This document shows positions 50,397 to 62,819 of a stretch of 64,000 bases of DNA, one piece after another. The position numbers and the translations under genes are program-made. The notes under the pieces are model-generated. The model was not told where the DNA came from. It did not search any database and saw only the letters and a list, made by a program, of their open reading frames with translations. The stretch comes from Balanoglossus misakiensis. Lineage: Eukaryota > Animalia > Hemichordata. The stretch is taken from positions 7,104,043-7,168,042 of the forward strand of contig CM082593.2 of assembly GCA_040954595.2 (NCBI GenBank), in the 5' to 3' direction. The first letter of the stretch is position 1, and each line of letters begins with the position of its first letter.

Positions 50397-53300
50397 ATGA
50401 CCGAAGGTCATTCTGACACAGATACATCTTCTGCACCGAACTGTTAGGAAAAATTAGAATGAGTTTGATTAATATTCAAGTACCAGCTGTTCTTAATTAT
50501 AATGAACTTGAATTGTTCAGCATTCGCTGTTCAACAATTTTGGGAGACTGTCATGAAGGCCACATGAGAAAGGATTCTAAAAAACCTAAGAGAAGAGATA
50601 CAATGTAAAGATAAGGAAAAGAGGAAATTTAGACTAAGGAATGAAAATAAATAATCAAATGATGATAAAGCAGATATGAAACCAGTCTGGATGAGTCAGA
50701 TAAGAGTAAATGGTACCTGGTAAAAAAAACTACTGACATCCCAGCAAGTTTGCATTCTTTTAATCTATCCTTTGAATACGGAATGATTGTTGTCATAAAC
50801 CCCCTCCAAAAAAGCAAACGACCAGAAATACAATTTATATTTACTTTCCCGTTCTCATGCAGATCATGGAGATGTGTCTGCTATTCACACCTGCAAATTT
50901 AATTTATTTTTCTTCATGTGAAACATGATCTATCATGAAAATAAATGAACTCATAATGACTGGCATAGTCAAATGAGTAAAATACACTAAGAAGCAAATC
51001 TTTTCCTGGCTCTGTTTACCAAATAAAATAATTATTGGTAATTTCTCTATTTATAAAATTTCACAGTTTCTTTATTTAACATTTCAACTTTTGTTTACAT
51101 TGGTCTGGTATCTGACCAAATTGTTTTAATAGGGATCTTTTGTTGTTGTCACTTAACAATGATAATTTGAAAAAAATTGAAAACAAGAAACAAACAAACA
51201 AAAAATAAAATAGCTTGGATTAAAATTATTACCACATCCTATTTACTAAACAAACTTGTGATTTATAATATACAGAAACTAAGATGAAAATTTTGTAATA
51301 ATTGGAGCAAGAGACAAAAAACTTGCACAAGAGGGGGAAAAACATCAGAAGTGCTTCGCTATAAAATTACATAATAAACCTAACATTTGCAAATCTATTT
51401 GATGCAGTGTAGGGATTTTTCTCGGCGCAGACAATAACACTGAAGTATTATCTCCGGGCGACTCGAGTCTACAAGGGTTTATGTAAATGATACCAATTCA
51501 AGAGGTTTTTTTACTGTAATCATCATAGCACACTAACAAGTGACTGACATCTTAAAGTAGGTCTATATAACTTGGAAATTCCGTCCATTTGACCTGTCAT
51601 TGAGACTATTATTGTAAAAAACCTGATCGATAATTGTTCTGTGCTCTTATGACCTCCTAGTTTTTTACTGCTCAAATGTAATTTCTTTTCTTGGTAATGC
51701 GATACACACACAGGGTTCTGTGTTTTTATGTATTAATGATTTATTTCTGATGTGTATAAACGATAACACTGAAATATGATATTTCTAAATGTCATCCAAA
51801 TTGTTCTATAATCATTATTCTCCGTTCAAGCATCCGGAGTCCCTAGCATGCCAGGACAAAAATAAATCTTTCTTGACTGTGCACAAATGAATGTACTCTT
51901 AAAGAAAACATTTCCATGAAATGCAATTTAGTTATGCATATTCAATATGTTTGCAACTTTTCTGCAATATTTTGTTCAAAATATAAAGCAGGTATAATTT
52001 GCATTTCCTGCCTTCGCAAACCTAAAAGTTAATCACTGATCAATGGATACATGTACATGTACTATGGAGTTCTTACAACATGTGTATTCAAAAACCACAG
52101 TCGTCAGTTTCTATGGAAACATATCAAACAAGAATTTTGTCACGTTAGTTTCATGCATGAAAAATGGTCTCATGATGATGTACTATTATTAAAGGCAGAA
52201 ATATCAGAAACGGTCTTCACTAAAATGGCAATTTTATGTCAGAAATGCGGTTTCAAAATCTTTTAATGGAAAGAGCATTATGTAAGGCTACACCTGTCAT
52301 GGAAGTGAATGAGGTCAAGTGTACACAGTACAATTTCATAAAGACAATGCTCTGTGTAAAATTCGAGAACTCTTCTACATTAATGGCAAGATGTCACTTT
52401 GGCACATTCATCTCGATTTGCAGAGCAATTCCTACTCAAGACAGGTTTGTGGAATTGAGCTAGGCAATCAAAACCCAAGGGCTGCTTGGAAGTGTTCATC
52501 CAATCCATGAAAAGAGAAACAAATACAAAGCAACCATGATGATGATGATGATGAGAAAAAGAATTCACCAGTGGACAATAGCTTGCCGTTGTTTGCTGTG
52601 CAAATATTGAAAACATCCTCCCCTGGGGTAATCAACTTTGTATTGTTTGATCGATTAAAGACAATTGCTTGTGTAGGGTCCACTCATTATTGGAACCGAC
52701 TGATGCATTCTCATCTATTTCATCTACACTAACCGATGATCCTCAAAGTGCAAATTCAATGCCCTAACTACGGTTGCTATGTAATACAATAATACCAGGA
52801 ACACTTGCTTGGTAGACATGTTTTTTAAACGTCTGAATGTAATTTGTTTAAATGTATATTTTATATTTATTATTTATTATTTTCGAAGTCAAAATTTTAA
52901 ATGTCAAAATCATGGTAGAGTTCTTTTGATTTTGTCCTATTAAAAATATTAATATATTATAGCAATTAATTTCTCTTAACATAATTTTTAATATCTCATA
53001 TTTTAACAAGACTATACTGGAGTGATATAGTCCAAGCCAGGTAATATATATCCATGTGTGTAAAATCCTTTTGCCGAAAATATTTTTATTAATGCCTTTC
53101 TGACTGATGTACACTATGAATAAATATTAATGCGTGTGCACCAGATACAATGACCATTACAGTCACCTGTGTGCTGTATTCTTTTTGTTCTGAAAAAATC
53201 TCTTTTTAAAATGATCTAAAGAGCATTATGGTCACATATGTGCACACTTTATGAACTGAAATAATTTTTTTTGCATAGTCTGAAGGACATTAGTCACCTG

Positions 53301-54371
53301 TGCATAACTGTTTTATTATGGAATAATTTTTTGTTGTAATCCGAAAAATAATTATGGACTATTCTGTTGAAAGAACATAATCATAATGCTTACTAATGCA
53401 AGTATTTTTCATTCTGATTTTGCAAAATTATTTTTATTAGGTCTAGTTGAAAATTTGTAGAGTAAAATGTTGTGATTTTTTCATCAATGGGAAATGGAAA
53501 TGGAATGATATAGTATAGATTTTGTGTCTCTATGTGCACGACCAGTTGTAACAGTCGCTGTGAATGAGTAATTTCACTCTAATTCGAAATGGGACTGAAG
53601 ATGCGGCTTCTAGAGATGCGTTTAAGAATCAATTGCTGTAATTATGGTGGCGGAGATTGTTCATTGGTGTGAGAAGGCTATTATTTTATCAGCTGCCAAC
53701 TAATGTATAATCCCCTAGTGAACCAAGCAGTGTGACAAATAGCCTTGGCCTTGTTATAATGACAACACTAAGCTAGAACATAGCTTAAGGAACAGAATTT
53801 CAGAAATAAAAAATAGTCCTCCAAAAATTTTAATTATTTGCTATTTTAAGTGTCAGGAGTCTTTTTGATAACAAAGAAGAAAACAGGCTGTTTTCATACA
53901 AATGTAAATTTTCTCCAGAAATTTGCGGCCAGTAAATTTCAAATTATATAGAGACAATTTGAGACAATTTTGCTGTATCATTCAAAGCTTTCTTCAGTGA
54001 CCTTTAATTTGCATTTAAGAGAAAAATTATCTGAGGTTGCCTAGAGAAAGACATGAGAAAAATTTTAGGATTTTGATTTTCAAGGCACATATAATGCCAC
54101 AGTTCATTGCCAGAATAAAAGTGGCTTATAAAACTATAGTCTACTCCCTTTGATGTACAGATGACAGCTGACTGACTATCAACTGGCAAAATTAATTTAC
54201 AGGCTTGTTTGAGGGCGCTGTTCACTGTCATTGACGTTGTGGGAACCACTCCTTTCCATCCAGTAACCGTAGGTAATTTGCATATCGCAGCTTTTGATAT
54301 GTGATGTCAATCAGTGGGCGGAGCTCAATGCAAATTTATAGCTTACCATCCAGTAGAATGAGGTCCGTAAC

Positions 54372-54541
54372 TACTGTAAAACACTTTATTTTCGTGAGTT
54401 GAAATTTTCGCGTTCTCTTATTTTATTCACTGCATCGTTATCTGCAAAAAAAAATTACACGACTTTTTATTTTCATGCTATTTTGGCTCTCGCGTATTTC
54501 GAGAAAATTTATTGCTCGTGAAAATTAAGTGTTTTACAGTA
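54372..54541. mobile_element. Tc1/mariner-pogo-like MITE (TA-flanked)
   Basis: tactgtaaaacactttattttcgtgag ... ctcgtgaaaattaagtgttttacagta. Confidence 0.8.
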
Positions 54542-56067
54542 TTTTCCATCCAGTAGCCGTAGGTATTTAGCATATCAAAGCTTTTGATTTGTGACGGAGG
54601 GGAACTCAAATGCTAATACATGTACATTTGTGTATAGCGACCAACCAATAGAATGAAGCCATTTCTATTTTCCATCTAGTATGTTCTTTATAAAACTCAG
54701 AAACGTCATTTTAGCCGTTTATGAACAATTGTAAATTGGAGGTGTCCGTGAACTTTTAGGAACGCACCACAATATTTGCACACTGGCCTCTAGGGGGCGC
54801 CATTCAAGGTGTCGATCCAGCGTTCATACATAAACAAGTACATGTACATGTATACATGTACAAGACAACAGGATGAGAGAATAAATATCACTTCCTTTTG
54901 AAAGTACTTTAATCAGTTTCCACTTTTGGGTAGTATACAAAGAATGACATGTTACAAAGCTAAAAAGTGAGATCTAATTGGTGACACATGTAACTTCACA
55001 ATAATGCTTGTACACGTATCATAACATGAATGTGCGAGGATATAGCATCACTGAAGGACAACTAAAAACATGTAAACACATACATGTACACGCACACAAC
55101 ATACACCAACATTGTAAAAAAACACCAGGTGCATACTACTGGAAACATTTCTCAACTTTGACCAATCAGTAAAATAAAATACTTTATTATTGGCTTCTGT
55201 TTGTCTCCTGTGACTGGGCTTTACTCGAGTGATGTAGTGATATATGCACATGTTTGACCCTGTCTTACCAAATTACTCTGTGACTAGTTTTCGGTGAGAG
55301 TGCACTGATAAAGGAAACCACAGCTACTCAAGGCGACCATCTTTCTGATGTACTATGTATGTATTTTACATCTGAATCCAAAAGATGCATCACCAGAACA
55401 CTGTGTTTCATTAATTTAGCCATTTCACTCTGTTGCACCTCCCAAGTCTAACTTCAGAAAAAACAATCAAAATATTTTTATTACTCTGAAGGTAACTAAT
55501 ATTTACCTTTCTGATGACTAATGAAAGCAGTTTGATTCCCAGACATGCAGCTAGAAGCCAGTTTGACCTCTAAAACATCCCCTCCATATACATACTGCAA
55601 ACTATTGTGACATCTTGGTTATACACTGGAGTGTATAACAGAGAGATAGACAACTGATGAAATGTATATGGGAACTGCATCATACAATGTACAAAACTCC
55701 CTGAAAGACAGACACTGTGAGAAATCTATATTTCTTTGGGGTAAAAACAAAATATGAACAGAAATAATAACACTTGATTTTAAAATATAGGGAAGCAAGG
55801 TTAAAAACATTTCCATAGAATTACTATTTAAAATGCTCCACACCTAACATCCTGGTAAAATCAAGAAACATACAACAGTGCTAGTTATAAACTATGAACA
55901 GATTACTAAAAAAGACTATGTGTTCTAGGAATAAGTTACATGTAACTTACATGGCAGGATACCTACGTCACGTCTTAGTCCTGCTCAAAAACTTCAAGAC
56001 AGTTTGAATGAGGATTAAAAGCTTAAACCACTATCAGAAATTCCCCGGGAGAATTTCTGTCTCTTCA

Positions 56068-56249
56068 CAATGTGATTAAAATCAGATGTAGAGTTAGGTG
56101 CCTTCTTTACACTAGCTGATTCTTTGCTGTTCTGTTCAGAATGGGCCCGGGGACAGCCAAGACAGAGAACGGAACAGCCAAAGTCAAGAGAAAAGAATAG
56201 CCAAAAGTATCAGCAGCACCTAACTCTACATCTGATTTTAATCAGATTA
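56068..56249. mobile_element. MITE family A, copy 2 (just downstream of the ASB stop, probable 3' UTR)
   Basis: caatgtgattaaaatcagatgtagagttaggtgc ... gcacctaactctacatctgattttaatcagatta; flanks gtctcttca / ttctcttca. Confidence 0.85.
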
Positions 56250-56529
56250 TTCTCTTCAAGGATGGTTCTGATAATAAATTTAATTTTTTTTTTAAATTTT
56301 CTCTGCAAGACAATACAGATGCAGGTTTAACAGATCCATGATATGGGTGCCTTGTTGCTAGAATGCCCTCTCACAAAATAGTGTCAGCAAGTACAGTTCC
56401 AATGATGGAGATCCCTGAGTGGATGGCAGTGTTCAAAAGTCAAATGCATGTAATTTGTCAATAAGAAGTGCCATTAGTCGAGAGTCTCTGCACGCGTACA
56501 GGAAAAAGAACGCCTTTGATAAATTCGTG

Positions 56530-57660
56530 CTATACATAAAATTGAATGCAAATGCTCGGTTTGAGAAGGACGTAGTGCTTGAGTCTGTCTGGCAGTGGCA
56601 ACCTCCCACCCAAGTTATGACAGTGCTTGCCCAGATGCTTCCTGATGATGCACCGGCATAGGTGTTGAAGAGTTCTCGGATTCCGGGCCAGGTAGTTGAG
56701 ATTTTCGTAAAACGTGAGATTTTTCATTTGGACTTCAGCGGGCATGATGCGTATGATCGGCAGTAGGGGACGGAGGACGGCGTCGATGTAGTCGTACGCG
56801 CTGATGAGTACTGTAAAGGTGCCGAAGTTGTCGGGGCAGATGGCCATGACGACTTGGAAAATGTTCTGCCGCAGACAGATCTGCTTGATGTTGGCACCGT
56901 GATTCAGCAACGCCTGGAGGCACGAAGCCGGGTTGCTCGAATTGCTGCCTGCAGGGCACACGACCTTTGTGACTGAAAATATCGGCGACTGGTGATAAAT
57001 GTCAAGTGAGTTCGGATTGGCTCCGTGTTGGAGGAGCAGTCTGACGGCCTGCACGTGGGCCTGCTTCGACGCCAGCTGTAACGCTGTGTTGCGGAACTTG
57101 TCCGCCAGTGACGCATTTGCCCCGTGCTTCAGCAGCAACTGTATCATTGAATAGTCCAGGGGGTAGGAGGTTGCTAGGAGTAACGGCGATTCATTCTCGT
57201 GGGCTGTTCTGTTTACATCCGCTCCCGACTCGAGCAGCAGCTTCACAACGTCAGGCTTGCTGTACTGCACGGCGATGTGCAGCGGCATGTAGCCCTCCGA
57301 GTCCGGAAGATTGACGATGGCGCCGTTGGACACCAACAGCTCGACGCACGGCACGCTGTTGAACGGGCTGCGGCACGCGACGTGCAGAGCGCTGTGGTGG
57401 CTGCGACACGGCAGCAAGTTCACAGCGGCGCCGCTCTGCAGCAGAACGCGCAGACACTCGATGTACCCGCAGCAGACGGCCAGGAGCACGGGAGTTGTCT
57501 TCTTGCAGGAACACTGGTAGTCCAAATGCAGTGGTAAATCCGGCTGCCCCAGGACGATGTTCACAGATTGTCCACTTGCAATGGCTTGAGACAGCCCGCT
57601 GCTGTCACCATTCAGAAGACAATCGTAGAACTCTTCATAAAACATGGCTTTTTCTCGCAT
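56530..57660 (-). CDS. Ankyrin repeat and SOCS box protein (ASB family), single coding exon, ~376 aa
   Basis: About 6 ankyrin repeats (e.g. GYMPLHIAVQYSKPDVVKLLLESGADVN) and a C-terminal SOCS box (PRTLQHLCRCIIRKHLG...LPLPDRLKHYV). Acceptor tttccag at 57678; first ATG at 57660. Confidence 0.92.
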   Translation of the reverse strand: MREKAMFYEEFYDCLLNGDSSGLSQAIASGQSVNIVLGQPDLPLHLDYQCSCKKTTPVLLAVCCGYIECLRVLLQSGAAVNLLPCRSHHSALHVACRSPFNSVPCVELLVSNGAIVNLPDSEGYMPLHIAVQYSKPDVVKLLLESGADVNRTAHENESPLLLATSYPLDYSMIQLLLKHGANASLADKFRNTALQLASKQAHVQAVRLLLQHGANPNSLDIYHQSPIFSVTKVVCPAGSNSSNPASCLQALLNHGANIKQICLRQNIFQVVMAICPDNFGTFTVLISAYDYIDAVLRPLLPIIRIMPAEVQMKNLTFYENLNYLARNPRTLQHLCRCIIRKHLGKHCHNLGGRLPLPDRLKHYVLLKPSICIQFYV

Positions 57661-58238
57661 TCTTACAAAATACACTCCTGGAAAGAGAAGAATAACAGAA
57701 TAAGTATTCGAGCATCAATACCCATGGTCTCTACCCCCACCCCTTCCCCCAGACTTTCTGATCTGCTAATCAATTTATAAGTTGCTTTGAAAAAACAAAA
57801 ACGTTTATAATGTCCACTGCTGTTTTTGACAAGTAAATATGTGACAATCAAGGATGATAATTCTTTACAGGCATAAACCAAATGTTTATGAAACAGTGTG
57901 GTTCTACAGGATCAGAACTTACTGAACACATATTTTGTGATGTTTGTCATTGTCATTTTTCAATATTCTCTCAATGTTTATGAGTGTTTATGAGTGCGGA
58001 CGAGCCAGAGCAAAAGACAGTCAGTACTAGAAGACATATGGTTAAGTGACACACAGTTCAAGTAAAACCACAGAAAGTACAGAAGTTGTGGTAATTTGTC
58101 AACAAACAGGTCGCTCGAGCTCGGTCACCAAAAGTTGCAGGTCAACAAACTCCGAGTACACTGTGAGTTCCCAGCTTGGGCAAATGTCGGCAATTTCACA
58201 CAAATAAGTTGCCAGGGCATATATGATATGTTCCTTAC

Positions 58239-58377
58239 CGAAAATAGGACACCTAGCGATGAAAACCCACCCGTTTCGTCACTTTCTTCCTCTCCCAATA
58301 ATGAGCAGACACGAGAGATTAATTAACAACAATAGTGTTCGCCATTTTTCCTTCTGCCGGAAGTAGATCGCCAGCTC
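58239..58377 (-). promoter_or_regulatory. Probable non-coding first exon and core promoter of the ASB gene
   Basis: Donor TCG|gtaagg at 58238; YY1-like AAAATGGCG (minus strand, ~58340-58348) and ETS-type CCGGAAGT (58357-58364). Confidence 0.6.
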
Positions 58378-58387
58378 GCGAAAACCT

Positions 58388-58762
58388 TAGTCTGGTTCCC
58401 TGCCCCAATCCCACCGCTGGCTGCGCTACGCTAAAGGGAAAGGGGTCAGGTACGGCCCGATTTCACACCCAGAAACCTGGGTGTGAAACAAGATGGATGC
58501 CTCCAATGTCCGTATGCCAGTCAAGATTCATCCAGGCAGTTTATTTTGTTTCGTTTGTTGTAAAGTTGGAAATCGAATGATAAACATTCATGGAGGTGAA
58601 GGAGAGAACGGGAAATGAGTATCTTACAACAACTTATCAATTTAACAACTTAATTTTCGTATGTATTGACCAATGAGAGCCATGTTTACAATAGGCCGTG
58701 CCTGACCCTTTCCCTTTAGCGTAGCGCAGCCAGCGGTGGGATTGGGGCAGGGAACCAGACTA
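58388..58762. mobile_element. MITE family C, ~70-bp TIRs, TAG...CTA termini, 10-bp TSD
   Basis: tagtctggttccctgccccaatcccaccgctggctgcgctacgctaaagggaaagg and its reverse complement; gcgaaaacct at 58378-58387 and 58763-58772. Confidence 0.93.
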
Positions 58763-58949
58763 GCGAAAACCTGAGAGTACCCCAAGAGGGCGCACTGCAT
58801 AAATGCAAATTCTTGAAAAGTTTCTATCATATCACAGGGAGCACTTCCTCCGTATGTTTTGGTGTGTATGTTTGCTTATTTGTTGTTATTGATTCATATA
58901 ATAAACAAAAACATGTTTGTTTATTTTGTTGTTATTGATTGATATAAAA

Positions 58950-59715
58950 ATCGCATTGACTAAACATATGACTTTGTAAGCTAGAAACTTGACTTGTTTT
59001 GACTTTGTAGGCTGTAAAACGCAAGAACCACGATTTTTTTTCGGTAAGAACCACGGTTATGCATGAAACGGCCTATCTAAGAACCTTGATGATATGAGAC
59101 AGCTATAGAGCGGTAATTGTTAATTTTTAATGAGAAATTATCATTGCATAGACTAAAATGAAGACTTTGTAAGCTAGAACCTTGAAAATGTTTGAATTTG
59201 TAGGCTGTATAACGTAAGAACCACGGCTATGCATTAAAACGCCTATTTGAGAACCTTGGTGATTTCGGAGAGATAAATTATGATAATTGGTAATTTTTAA
59301 TGAGAAATTATCATCGCATCGACTAAAAATAAGACTTTGTCAGCTAGACCTTGACTTGTTTTGACTTTGTAGGCTGTAAAACGTAAGAACCACGATTTTT
59401 CGGTAAGAACCACGGCTATGCATTAAAATGCCTATTTAAGAACCGACTAAATATATGAGATAAATTATGATAATTGGTAATTTTTAATGAGAAATTATCA
59501 TCGCATCGACTAAAAAATATGACTTTGTAAGCTAGAACCTCGACTATTTTTGACTTTTTGGGCTGTAAAACGTAAGAACATCGATTTTTGAACCTCGGCC
59601 ACGTGTATAAAATCATATTTGAGAACCTTGATGATATTGGCCACGTATGAAAATTCGTATTTAATTAAGAACCTTGATGACAACGGAGAGATAAATTACG
59701 AGAATTGTTAATGAA
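58950..59715. repeat. Tandem repeat, ~4 diverged units of 170-195 bp
   Basis: gcat.gactaaa..a.gactttgtaagctagaa at ~58953, 59146, 59316 and 59503; shared aagaaccacgg and taatttttaatgagaaattatcat. Confidence 0.88.
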
Positions 59716-60679
59716 TGTGCAGGTCATACATAGGCACTTTGAATTTATTGCCCTCCCCCCCCCCCCCCAATAATATTCCAAAATCAACCAGTGGTTATAA
59801 CAGGTGTTGATTTTCATCACTGGTAATCGCCATACTGCGTGAAGCCTTTGCTTTTTCTCTGCAAGCTGCAAACATTGTAGTCCAGCGGCTAAGGTCCATT
59901 TTTGAGCAGAATAGTTCACTTTTTGAAGAGAGCATGGAACTTGTAGAACATCTGTACAAAGTTTAGTGCTTTCTTCAAAAAGTGAACGATTCCGGCCACT
60001 ACCTGGCCTCTCGTGTGTTGAGAGACTGCAAAAGTTTCTCGTGTGGCGCCCCCATGTGGTGAATCAGATAAACACTTGCCACTTTCGTGGACTGTTGACC
60101 TGACCGTGGTGGTAGGCAAAGCTGACGGTCCTTTCTTTTCTTTTCACTATGCAAGCTTTGTGCGCATTTGTGTTGGCTGATTTGTTCGGTCAGATTTTCT
60201 CTCCTTTATCCGGTGCCACTTAAAACAATAGGGTTTTTGTTAGCCTAATAAAGAATCTCGTAGTACCATTACATAATGAACAGAGATGACCCCAAAATAG
60301 ATGGACGTCACAAAATACGTTTTTAAAGAAATACATAGAGATGATTGATGAAAATGTGCCACTATGCATTTATGTTTGCACATGTAACTGAAATTCTTCC
60401 TGTACGATAAGTAGTGTATATATAAATAAACACCACCATAAACTCCCAAATTTAATTCTCAGACCATACATTTTTAACAGTTAAAAGTAGTACTTGGAAT
60501 TTCATCAAGAAGACTTAACTTTTTACATGCAAATGCATGTAAAAGGTTAAATTATCGATGAAAGAATGTTACTATTATCATTTCTGTCAACGACGGTAGT
60601 ATTTTTTACTCAAACTATGCGAGATCTTTGATGCATTGGTCCCACCATAGACTGTCTATGGCCCGCACATTGTCATAGT

Positions 60680-61450
60680 GATTTGTTTATCCCGCGTGTG
60701 ACCCCTGACCCCGCTTTTGTGTGTGAAGAAAGTTCACATTGAGGACTCAAAGTTAGGAGGGAGGCCTCGAGATCGATCTGATCAGGTGCCAACTTTTAGC
60801 CCTCGATCGGCATAAGGGTAATGTTTACTCTGGAAAGATCGCCGCTATATTTGGAGACTTTGCTCGGTAATTCGACTCGAGGGCTCTACTTTGGCCTAGT
60901 TTTTGCAGATCACTAGACAGTCAGGGTGTCGGCGTCGATCAGCAGCGTTGGTAACCAATCATCAACCGCGCGATCGCCTTCGACAGCAACTTGCACTGGG
61001 GACACTGCTGCTGGGTAAGTTTGCTAGCGATCGCACGCCTGCAGACTCCGTCCGCCGGCAGGATCGGGGGATTTCTGTTCGATTTTCCACTTTCCCGTAT
61101 CTCCTGTCTTTACGTCTGTGTTCTGTAGGTTTCCTGCGTAGCGTTTAATTCAGCGTTCGATCGCGATCGGTGTCTGTACGGGGCCGGGGAAGTCTAGGGG
61201 ACCGGGGATCTCTCGCTGTCGTCGCGTCGACTGCTGCCAGCCAGTGGTGTCCACCACCGTGCACCGGGAAGTATTTGCTTTCGACCGATCGGCTCGATTG
61301 ATTTAGCTACCGAAATGTGGAGGACGGCGCTTATCATTCACAAGCAGACTGACCTGTCGCCATCGGAGGACACGAGTCACTGAACACTTTTATTGACGTT
61401 TTTTTCTGCGCTCCGATTTTGGAGTTTGAACTGGTGGCCTTACCCGAAGT
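60680..61450 (+). promoter_or_regulatory. CpG-island-like promoter and first exon of an unidentified + strand gene
   Basis: Strong CpG enrichment; donor TGG|gtaagt at 61015. Confidence 0.6.
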
Positions 61451-62628
61451 CACATACTAGCTGCACCGGGACCAGTGTGTACAGTAGAAGTTACATTGCT
61501 CGGAGCGACAGTTTTGTAACTTTTCGGAATAATGGCAGTTTGGTGGTTCTGTATTTTGGCGGCGTTGTGTACCATTGTACAGTTGCATTTAGTCAAAGGT
61601 AAGCTTTTTGGTAACCGATTTCGTTGCAGTAAATTATAACCATGGGTGATCCATAGCTGTTGGGACATTTTCAACAGTCCGAATCCGACCAGCCAAAGTT
61701 TATGCGACCCCGATTACCGGTCATGTCAAAAATAACTGCCCAGGTTAAGTCCAGTTTAAACAAGGCTTTGAGCGATTGGAAAAATTATCCACTGGTTTAA
61801 TAGAATTAAATTTTCATAAGTGTGATTTACGTTTTTTTCACATGGGAAATGTTTTCAATAAGTTTATAAGGAAAAAAAAAAACTTTCAAATTTAAGGGAA
61901 AACCTCCAAAAAGTATGGTAAACCTGGGGAAAAAAGTGTGAAATGATTGAAAAGTAGACCCATATTCTTATATGAAATCTACACATCATTTTATTGGATA
62001 ATGCAAAAAAAATTCTATGTTTTGTTTGTTGGAATATTTGATGACAAAAATCTTATGAGAGGAAACTTTTTCATTTAGATGATTTTTTTTTATTAGTATC
62101 AGAAGTATACTCTATTAAACTACTGTTTGAAGTTGCTGATTGCAGTATCTAGAAGGAATGATGATTTCATTAAAAGAGTTTAACCTAATCTCATCTGATA
62201 TCTTTGGCTACTGTCTAATGACTTTTTGATACTGTGAAAAAATGTGGGGATATAGTCTTTAAGAAATTTGACAAGTGTGGCTGGTATGTGCATACCATGG
62301 GTCAAAGTTCATCACATTAGCTGCAATACTGGGCTTTGATGCAGTTGAGGGGTGGGGGTGGGGTGGGGTGGGGGTCTGTGACGTAGGAGTGGGGAATCCC
62401 TTGATGAAAGGGAGAATCACATATCCTGAATGATAATTTGCTTTAAAAGTAAATTCTGAACTATCACAAACTTCAATGAAAGTGCCCATATATAAGAAAT
62501 AAAATCTCTCTTCTTTCAAAGTAAAATTAACTGTTCGTATGATAATGTTAAATATAATGATAATTTTTTTTAAAAACTTTAAACAAAACCACAAAATATT
62601 TTCATTGGTCTAAAGAGGCCGTGTGAAA

Positions 62629-62722
62629 GTAACCCTCTCACCCCCCAGTTCCCTCTTCAGAGGTCCAACCTTACCACAGAAAACAGTTGGTTTGGACTGA
62701 ACCATTGCAGTGAAAGGGTTAA
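62629..62722. mobile_element. piggyBac-like ~95-bp MITE, copy D
   Basis: taaccctctcacccccagttccctcttcag ... tgaaagggttaa; matches copy A. Confidence 0.75.
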
Positions 62723-62787
62723 AAGGCTGAGATAATTCAACTTGTGATTGGATATACTGACAACATGTCTTATATTTTATTTCATAG

Positions 62788-62819
62788 GACTATGCATATA
62801 TGAAGGTCTACCATACCAG
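62788..62819 (+). other. Candidate 32-nt exon of the unidentified gene
   Basis: attttatttcatag|GACTATG...CATACCAG|gtaagt, strong splice sites; contains ATG AAG GTC TAC CAT ACC AG (MKVYHT..). Confidence 0.55.

Noticed and set aside
50170-50436. RQTD/LSVC-repeat ORFs
   Set aside because: Translations of the (ACAG)/(AG) microsatellite
57661-57675. ORF-track start at GTG 57675 for the ASB protein
   Set aside because: Eukaryotic gene; the GTG follows a splice acceptor and the first ATG is at 57660
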